DNA from: an uncultured Eubacteriales bacterium
GTDB taxonomy: Bacteria; Bacillota; Clostridia; Christensenellales; DTU072
Reading direction: 5' to 3'
DNA: 30,110 bases
Assembly: GCA_902766325.1 (NCBI GenBank)
Contig: CACXDF010000220.1
Span: forward strand, 1-30,110
The position numbers were made by a program, and so were the translations under genes. Positions within the stretch are counted from its first letter, which is position 1; each line of letters starts with the position of its first letter. Below are positions 19,201-28,200 of this stretch, piece after piece. The notes beneath the pieces were generated by a model. That model saw only the letters and a program-made list of their open reading frames with translations. It was not told the DNA's origin and searched no databases.

Positions 19201-22200
19201 AAGGATCTTGTATTTTCCGTCGAGGATGTCGCTTATCGCGCTCCCGTTTTTTCCGCTTCCGTTCCGTTCTATTGCTTTAATCAAAAAGTTGTGTCTATCC
19301 ATGCGGAGATCGGCGTACCGGTTGTGAGCGGTTCGGAAGTGATCCGCGTTAACGAATTTACCGATACCACCGTTTATTTGAACGAAGGCCTTGCTCTTTA
19401 TACCGTTTCTTCCAACGGAGAGTATTCTTTCGTGGATGATAACGGTACGAAGAGATTCGTCTATAACGATTCCGTCGTAAAAACCGATTATCTCGATTGC
19501 ATTTATCTTGTCGTCGAGTATGATACGACCACCGTCTACAAAAAACTTGCGGACGTCGCGTCTTCTTCCGGTTTTTCCGTCTCCGGCTACAAAGAGAACA
19601 AAACCGGCGCGCAAACGATCCGTCTTACTTATCTTTTAAAAGATTGCTCTTTTATGGCGTACGTTCGTCCCGACGTTCCGTACGCGATTTCTTTTGTCGA
19701 TGAAAACGGACAAAACGTAACCGAGGCCACCGTGATCGAGAATATGGACATCGATCCTAATAAGATATCCGTATCCGTTGAACTGAGAGACGCCGACGGC
19801 GACGCCGTGGCAACGAGAAGAAAAGTCGATTTTTCCGACGCCGCTTGTACGTATGACAAAACGGAAGCGATCGTCTTTACCGAGAAAAACACCGACGATA
19901 TATTCTACACGCAAAAAACGGTGACGGTCACGTACGAAGGCTGCAGCAAAGATCTTACGCTTACCATTTTAAAGAAATCCGTTTCCGAGATCGTCATTCA
20001 AAACATGCCGAGACAGGTTTATGCGGAATTGCCCGAATTCGCAAGTACGGACGAAAGCGTTCTTTTGTATACCGATTCGAACGGAGAAATAGGCACGATC
20101 CTCGTTCGCTATAATAACGGAACTTCCGAGATCGTCCCGCTCAACGACTCCAGATTGCGCGTCAACGCGGCCCAATTCAATACCAAACTCGTGTTGAATG
20201 ACGGCGCGGAACAATCTCAGATCATTACCATCGGTTTTACCGATGAAAACAACGTTACGAAAGAAACGCATTATAACGTTATCGTACGCGACAGAAAGTA
20301 CCTGACTATCAGTTATGACAGTTCGAATAATCTGTCTTTTGATAACGTCTATTATTGTCAATACGGTACCGGAGCCGACGCAAGACCGAAATTCGACGTA
20401 TATTACTATTCCGACTTTTACATGAACGCGCCCGTCGCGTTTAACGGTTACAGCGTGAAGTACGAGTATCACGACGACGTTTTGGGCGACGTGACTCGTA
20501 CCGTTTGGCCGACAGAAGTAGGGCGTTATACGATGGTCGTTTCTTACGCGGGCGACTATGCCAATAACGCTTTCGAGGATAGATCGGTCACCATCGAGAT
20601 CACCAAAAAGCAGATCGGTATTTCCGTGGAAGATATGAGCCTTACGTTCGGGGATAAGTTTTCCGGGACGGCGACGGACGTCACGTCTTTGCGCGCGCTC
20701 GGTTTTACTTGGAATATGAGCGGCGTAACGGGCGGACGACTGACCGGGGACGCTTTTGTGCTCGGCGACACCCTCGACAACGTCGTATCCGTGTCTTTCG
20801 AGCTGCAAAAGGACGGTCGAAAGGTCGATCCCGCGTTCAGCGGAGATAACTCTTATCTCGTTATGACTCTGAACGTCGGCAGCTACTATATCAAGCCCAT
20901 CATTACGCTGAAAAAGGCGAACTACACCGTCCCCGAAGGGGTAGGCGATCTCGGAGCGACTCTTACCGTCGTGAAAAAAGCCATTAAGATCGTCGCGCTT
21001 GACGAAAAGAAGGTATACGGCGATCGCGATCCCGTTTATCGTTTTGAAATCTACGATGAAACCGATAATCTGCTCGGCGGTAACTATTATCGCGAATTGA
21101 CCGGGTATACCGTCGGCGATCCCGTGGCGGAAAGCGTCTTTATTTGCGATCCCGTTACCGGGATATATTCTCAAGCGGCGGGAACATACGAATCCGGGAA
21201 GACCTATTACGTATTCAAAGCGGAGATCGAAATCGATCCGATCTTCGTCGATACCGCTTCTTCGTCGTACAGATTGGTCCGTTCCGGGACGGATACGGAT
21301 AACGTCAACGACTATCACAGGATCTTTAACGGCGACACGGAAGGAACGCTCGATAACTATTCTTTGATCGATTACAGCTATGCTTCTTTGATCGTTTTGC
21401 CTGCGGAACTTACGTTGACCGCAAGCAGGACGACTCGTCCTTTCGGTACGGCCGATATGTCGATCGATTATATCGCCGCCGCGACTTCTTCGTTCAAATA
21501 CAACGACGATTTTGATTCCGTTTTCGGACCGTATTTTACGCAAAGCGCCGTATTATACTACGATATGACGGGAAAGAGCGTGTACGAGACTTTAACGGAA
21601 GGCCTTTCTTCTTACGACGATTGGGCCGTATTATATCGTAATCTGGAGATTGACGGATTCGAGTCGGTCGTTTATATGGGCGCGACCTATGCGGTCGTGC
21701 CGATCGCTCTTGCCTGCGGGACGTATACGTGTCGTATGAGCGACGTTTATTCGGACGTAGTGAAGAACTATATCGTCACGACGCAACCGTTTGAAATGGA
21801 GATACTTCCTATCGGCGTTCGTCTGAACGTCGGTTCCGTTCTGCTTTACGAAAAATCTTTGATCAAAGACGGCAGAAGAAATGCTTTTATCGACTATTTC
21901 TCTTTCCCGAGAGAAGAGTTTTTGACGGTCAATATTTACGGCGAAACGCTCACTTTCTCCGATTTCGTTTTTTCAGTCGATAATCGTGACGATATCGAAA
22001 ACCTGTATGCGGATTGGATGTCGAAACTGATCGTCGGCGCCGAATACGAGACCGGTACCGGCTCGAAATATTTGCTCAGTTCCGACTTTTTGAGCGGTTT
22101 TACGTTCATAAAAGAACGCGGAACGGACACGGGCGTCTATCGGGTCTCCGTCGGATATAACTATTCCGATAACTTCTCCGATTTCAGCGTTATCAGTCGA

Positions 22201-25200
22201 AACGAAGATAAAAACAAGAATTATTTCTCATTCTACTATGACATTTTCCGCAATCAGTACGCGCAGGTGTCTACCATGCAGGCGACTGCCTACGATACGG
22301 ACGCATACGTGATCGTTTTGCCCGGATTTGCCGATTTGAAGTATTATAAAGTCGACGAAGACGGCAAGAGATATCAAGAAGTCTATAATCTCAATAAGGC
22401 ATCCTCTTGGGGATTGAACGCAGAATACAGCGTCGACCAAGAAAATTATTACGGTATGTCCTCCATCGGAACGGACAGCGTTACTTATTCTATTACGCCG
22501 AAAGCGGGAACGCAATTTATCGTGTATAACCGCGAGAATTGTCTTGCCGCGGGCGACTATACGGGTTCCGTCACGTATTCTTATTTTGCCGACGTGAACA
22601 AATCGTCGAAGTTTTCGACAAACTATATCTATCTCGGTAATATGAGCGTGCTTTTGGATAGCGATATCGCCTCCGTCCTCAATTACGTTTTGTTCGGAAC
22701 GGTGACGGACGGCGCGTTGACGTTCAATAATACTTTTGATTATACCGTTACGCAAAAACCCGTTAGCGTATACATAGAAAACGGCGACGTCCAATATAAT
22801 TTTGCCAATCAAACGCTTATCGCTCGCGTGGACGGAAGTTTGGCCGAAGGCGACAGATTGAACTTTTTATTCGACGTTTCCGTCGTCTATAACAGCAAGA
22901 CGGACGTCGTAAATAAAAACGCGTCCACGATCAGGAGTTTCAAGTATTATTCCGTTGTCCCGGAAGAACTTTTAACGCGCGAGAACCTGCCGACTTATTA
23001 CGAATACGGTTCGAGAGGATTTGTGTTGACGCAAGATACCATCCCCATGAATCGTAAGGCGTACTATCTGCTCACAGAGGCGTCGGATCCGTCGGTCGAG
23101 GCCTACGATATCGCGTATTCCGGCACTTATACGGTCAGATTAAACGATCTTGGGAACGCCAATTATTGCCTCGAAACGGACGAAACGGTTCAAAAGACGT
23201 TTGCCGTCGTGCCGAACGAAATACCGATCCTGTTATATAACAAAGCGGCTATGCCGCAGGTCTCCACGACCGATTTTACTTTTGAAGAGACGTATGCCAA
23301 AAAGGCTTTCTCGCCCATCGATTACAGCTGGACGTCCACGACCTACGCCAACTCCTTGCTGTTCGACAGTATCGATCTTAGCCAGCTTTCTTCCGTTAAT
23401 TCTTCTGCGACGAGGAAGATCGGTACGGCTGCGATCGGCGGCCAAACATACGACGTCAACGTTAAGTTCCGCGGTACGTTCCCGAGCCTGACGGTGACCG
23501 GTCGCACGATCAGTATCTCCGGAAGCAACGGCAGAACGCTCGCGCAGGATACCTATTCGTCCGAGTACGACTATTATTTCTATTTTGTGGACGGCGGAAA
23601 CGAACGCAAGGTCTATTACGACGCCGGAACGGGTTCGTATTATTACAAAGATGCGCCGTATACGACTTTCAAAACGACTACCTGTACGATAACCGACTAT
23701 TACTTCGACGAAAACGGCGTTTTACATCGTCCCCAACCGCTTGTCAATACGCCGAACACGTTGTTTATTTATTCGGAAGACGAGCCCGGCTCCGGCAACA
23801 GACCCGTTTACGTCAAACGCGACCCCGATACGAAGAGGGTGCTCGGTTATGACATCGTATCGAGAGATACTTCCGACTACGTCAACTATACCGTCGTATT
23901 CGTCTATTTGGACAACGGCGTATACAGAGAATGCGACGACGCGCATCTGTTCTCCTTTGTGATCAATCCGGCGGAAGTTTCGCTCTATAATTTCTCGTCC
24001 GCGAATACGAAGGATTACGACGGTATCGACGCCGCTATCGCAAATACCTCGAAATTGACCGTCAACGGCGCTCTGTCCAACGATCCGATCAGCGTGTCGG
24101 ATATCCAATTCGACTTCGAGCGTATCGATGCGGAAGGTTCTACTTATATTACGATCGGCGGAGTCAGATATTATCTCGTGGAAAACGACGATATGAGCAG
24201 CGTCGGCTTGTTTAAAGTGAGAGCGTTTTATTCCGATAACTACGAGATCGTCTTTAAAGGAAACGGCGCTTATAACGGCTCTCCGTCTCCGTACGGCTTA
24301 TATACCATCAAGAGAGTCAAAGCCACATTTGAATTTAATAACGAGATCGCGGCTTATCTCTCCAAGGACTACGACGGATCCGGGCTTACGGACGAGACCT
24401 TGCTTTATTCCGGCGATCTGACCGAATTCGTCGATCGGGGATATAACGTGATCAGTAAACAAAGTAAGACCATCGTCGATAATTTTTCCGATATACGGTA
24501 TCAACTTCAAGTGAAAGGATATGCTTCCGTTTTCGGCGGGACGCCGACCGCTATCGCTCAAAATCAGATCGCCGGTTATAACTATTCCGCCGGAGTTTAT
24601 TGGTTTGACTTCTACGGCGTTTTCGTAGACAAAGACGGTAATTATCGTCGGTACGAGGACAGAAGCAATAAAGAAGAGGGCGAAAACCGGTGGTTGAACT
24701 GGAACTATACCTATATCGTCAACAACAAGAAAGACGTCAATAAGATCGGAGACGTCTATTACGACGGTATTTATCAGATCGATAAGAGAAAAGTATATAT
24801 CGGTATCGACGGACAATTACCCGCGAATGCGACGGATACTTCGTATACCTATACGAAAGAGTACAACGGCACGACGATCACCAGATCGACGATCAATACC
24901 TGGCTCGATAGCGGCGTCGTCACCGTCTATATCTACGATGCGGTCAAAAAGGATTTCGTTCCCGTGAAAGATACCGATTTCGCCGATTCTTTCGTCGGAG
25001 GCAGCGTATCCGTCAGCGGCGGAAGAGAATCGATCACGAATGTGTCGAGTTCCGAATACTTCGAGCTGAGCGCGTCCGATATCGCGACCAACAATACCGA
25101 CTTTATCATCGTCAACTCCGATATCCGCTTTATGTTGAAAGCGATCGAGATCGAGATCATGTTGACTTATACCAATGCGGATAGCGGAAACTCCGCTTCG

Positions 25201-28200
25201 ATCACGTACGGCAAAACGGCCAGAGAAAACGCCGTTAACTTTACGCTCAGTATTTCGGAAGAGGAATTGAAAAAGTTCAACGAAGCCATTCAGGACGGCA
25301 ACACCTATACCGCTACGCAAATACTCGAAAAAGTATGTAATTTCAATAACGCCGAGTTCTATCTTTTCGGTGCCGATAATCCGGCGAACGCCGTGTTCCG
25401 CTTCTCTTTGGAAGGGAAATCGCAGTCGTTCTATCTTTACGATAAAGCGGGCGACTATTATTACGAAGCGGCCGACGGTACGTACCGTGACGATACGACC
25501 TACTACAGCAGATTGCTCGTTCCTGCGGGGACTGCTCTTGATTATACGAAGTACTATGTCTACCACGAATGGTACGAACGCACTTCCGATCCCGTATCCG
25601 TCGCCGGAAAGAAGTATTATTTGATGGAACAAGTCACGGAGAGCGACCCCAATTTCCGCGCGGGAAGCGGCGTGCCGGAAGACAGATACTTTGAACAATT
25701 CTATCACTATACGTTCACGACGGATACCGTCTTCCGTCCCAACGTATCTTATTATAAGCGTAATCCGGGAACGAACGTTTACCGCCTCGTCGATACGTCG
25801 GCTTTGCTCGGTTCTTCCGTTCCGGCGGAGACCTATTATACGCAAAATGGTTATTACGCTTTAACGACGGACCGTATATTCAATTTGCAAAAGAGATATT
25901 ATACTGCGGCGGAATACGTATTCACAGCGCAAAACGCCACGACCACCGCGAATATCTATTACGAAATGAATAAGTATTACGGTGAAAACGAAGACGATTA
26001 CTTTATGTCCGGAAAAGATTATTACGTCTTTACCGTCGTGCCTGCGTCGGGATCCATGGTGGGCGTCAACGTGCAGGCCGAAACCTATTATGAACGGGTC
26101 GGCGATAGATTCGTCCTTACTTCCGATCTTACTTTCGTTCGTTCGAAATTGTATAACGGTCAATACTATACGGTAAGCATTGCCGACGTCATCCGCGGAG
26201 ATAACGCTCATAAAAAGTATTATACGTATTCAAGCGGCAGACATATCAGAGTGCCGGACGGCACCGTACGTCAGGCCGGCGTATCGTATTACGTCTTTAT
26301 TCCCACGGTATACTCGGAAAAAGAGGTCGTTACCGAATACTATTATTACTATTCCGACGGAAAATTCTTTAACGTGTACGATATGCGTCAAGAATTGGAC
26401 GGCGATAAGAACTATTACGTTGGGTACATAGCCGACAAGACGGCAAACGAAAACGTAGCGTACTATACGGAATACGAGGCGATCGTAAAGGCGGAAGGCG
26501 CGCGCGAAAACGGCAGATACTATTATAAAGCCGTCTTAATGGATCCCACCGAAGATACCGATACGTATTATGCGGTCAAAAGATTGCTTCCGGGTAAGGA
26601 TTATGCGTTGAACGGGCTTATTCCGTCCGGCAGCGTGTACGAAAACGTCGACGACAGCGATACCTACTATCTTACGTCCGACACTCGTTATTCCGCAAAC
26701 AAAAACTATTACAGACTGTCCGTTGTGTCCGGAGAACTCGTTGCCGGCGATAAGGTCGGTAGCTATTATATCGTTTCGCAAGGTTATTCTCGCGCGGGAA
26801 GCTCTTTCGAGAACACCGAAAATACTTATTATAAGGTTATCGAGGCTGTAGCCGGCAAGGATTACGCCGTTTCTTCCTTGATCCCCGACTCTACCTATTA
26901 TACGAAAGTAGACGGCGAAGACAGATACGCCTTTGCGCAGTCCCGCATTTTTGCCGCCAACGAGAGATATTATTTGTTCGAAGCGATCCACGGCGTATCA
27001 AGCGTATATTCGATGTCCGCGCTTTTCACTCTCAACGACGGAAGTTATAAAAAGATCGTTGCGCTTACGTCCGGAAAAGAATACGTTAACGGCGCGATGA
27101 TAGGCGCTGACGAAGTATACTACAAAAGCAACGACAGATATGTAAGAGAAACTGCGTTAAAGTACAGAAAAGGCGTAGAATATTATCATTTTGTCACGGC
27201 CGAAGGCTATATCGCCAATTCTGCTTTGAGCGACTATTACGTGGATTCTTCCGCGCGATATACGATCCGTGAGATGACGGCGGGGATTGATTATTCGATA
27301 GGTCAAACCATCGGTGAAAACGTAGTTTCGGCTGATTCTTTCGAGAAGTCGAACGACGTCGAGTATCTTGCCGGGAAGTTGTATTACGGATACGACAACG
27401 ACGGCTATGTTTCCGGCGCGCTGATCGGAACCTATTCCGTGCCGGCGGATGGTTTCTATTCAATAAAAGTCAAAAGCGGATACACGGTCGGGCAGATCGT
27501 TCAACAGGACGTCTTTGTGTTGTCGGGCGATCGCTATAAAAACGTAAGAGGCAGTACCTATCGTTCCGGCGTTACCTATTATGCGTTTACGGAGGCAAGC
27601 GGGTTTATTCCCAAGAGGAATATTGATGATTATTATGTTTCGGGGCGCGGTTATTATTCCGCCGTTTTGATGACGAAAGGCGTTGATTACGTAGTCAATA
27701 CGCCTGTTGCGGAAGGCGTATACAGATTGATCGGCGGCAGGATGATCGCCGTTCCGACTACGGATAACTTTGCCGACGGAATCGTATACTACTTCCTTGA
27801 CGACGCGGGATTTATTCCTTATTCCGACCGCGCAGATTATTATGTGGACGGACGAGGATATTATTCCAAAAAGAGATTATCGCTCGGCGTTGACTATTCC
27901 GTCGGCGACAGTATCGGAAGCGGCGTCTACGTTTATCGTCTCGGCAGATACGTTTTGCCGGAAGAACTGACGTTCCGTTCCGGTTACGATTATTACTTAA
28001 TGGATAACGTGGGTCTTGTTTTAGGCAGCGAGATCGTTTCTTATTGCATTACGGGCGAAAAATACTATTCCTTCACGTTGCAAACGCCGACGGAAGGCGA
28101 TCGTATCGAAGGCGACGTCTTTGAAAAAGAATCCGCGGTATTTATTCCCACTACGGATACGGTGTATCGTAGCGGAAAAGAGTATTATTTACGTTCGAAC

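Noticed and set aside
26194-26202. RGD integrin-binding tripeptide in gene C
   Set aside because: A single RGD in >4600 aa is expected by chance.
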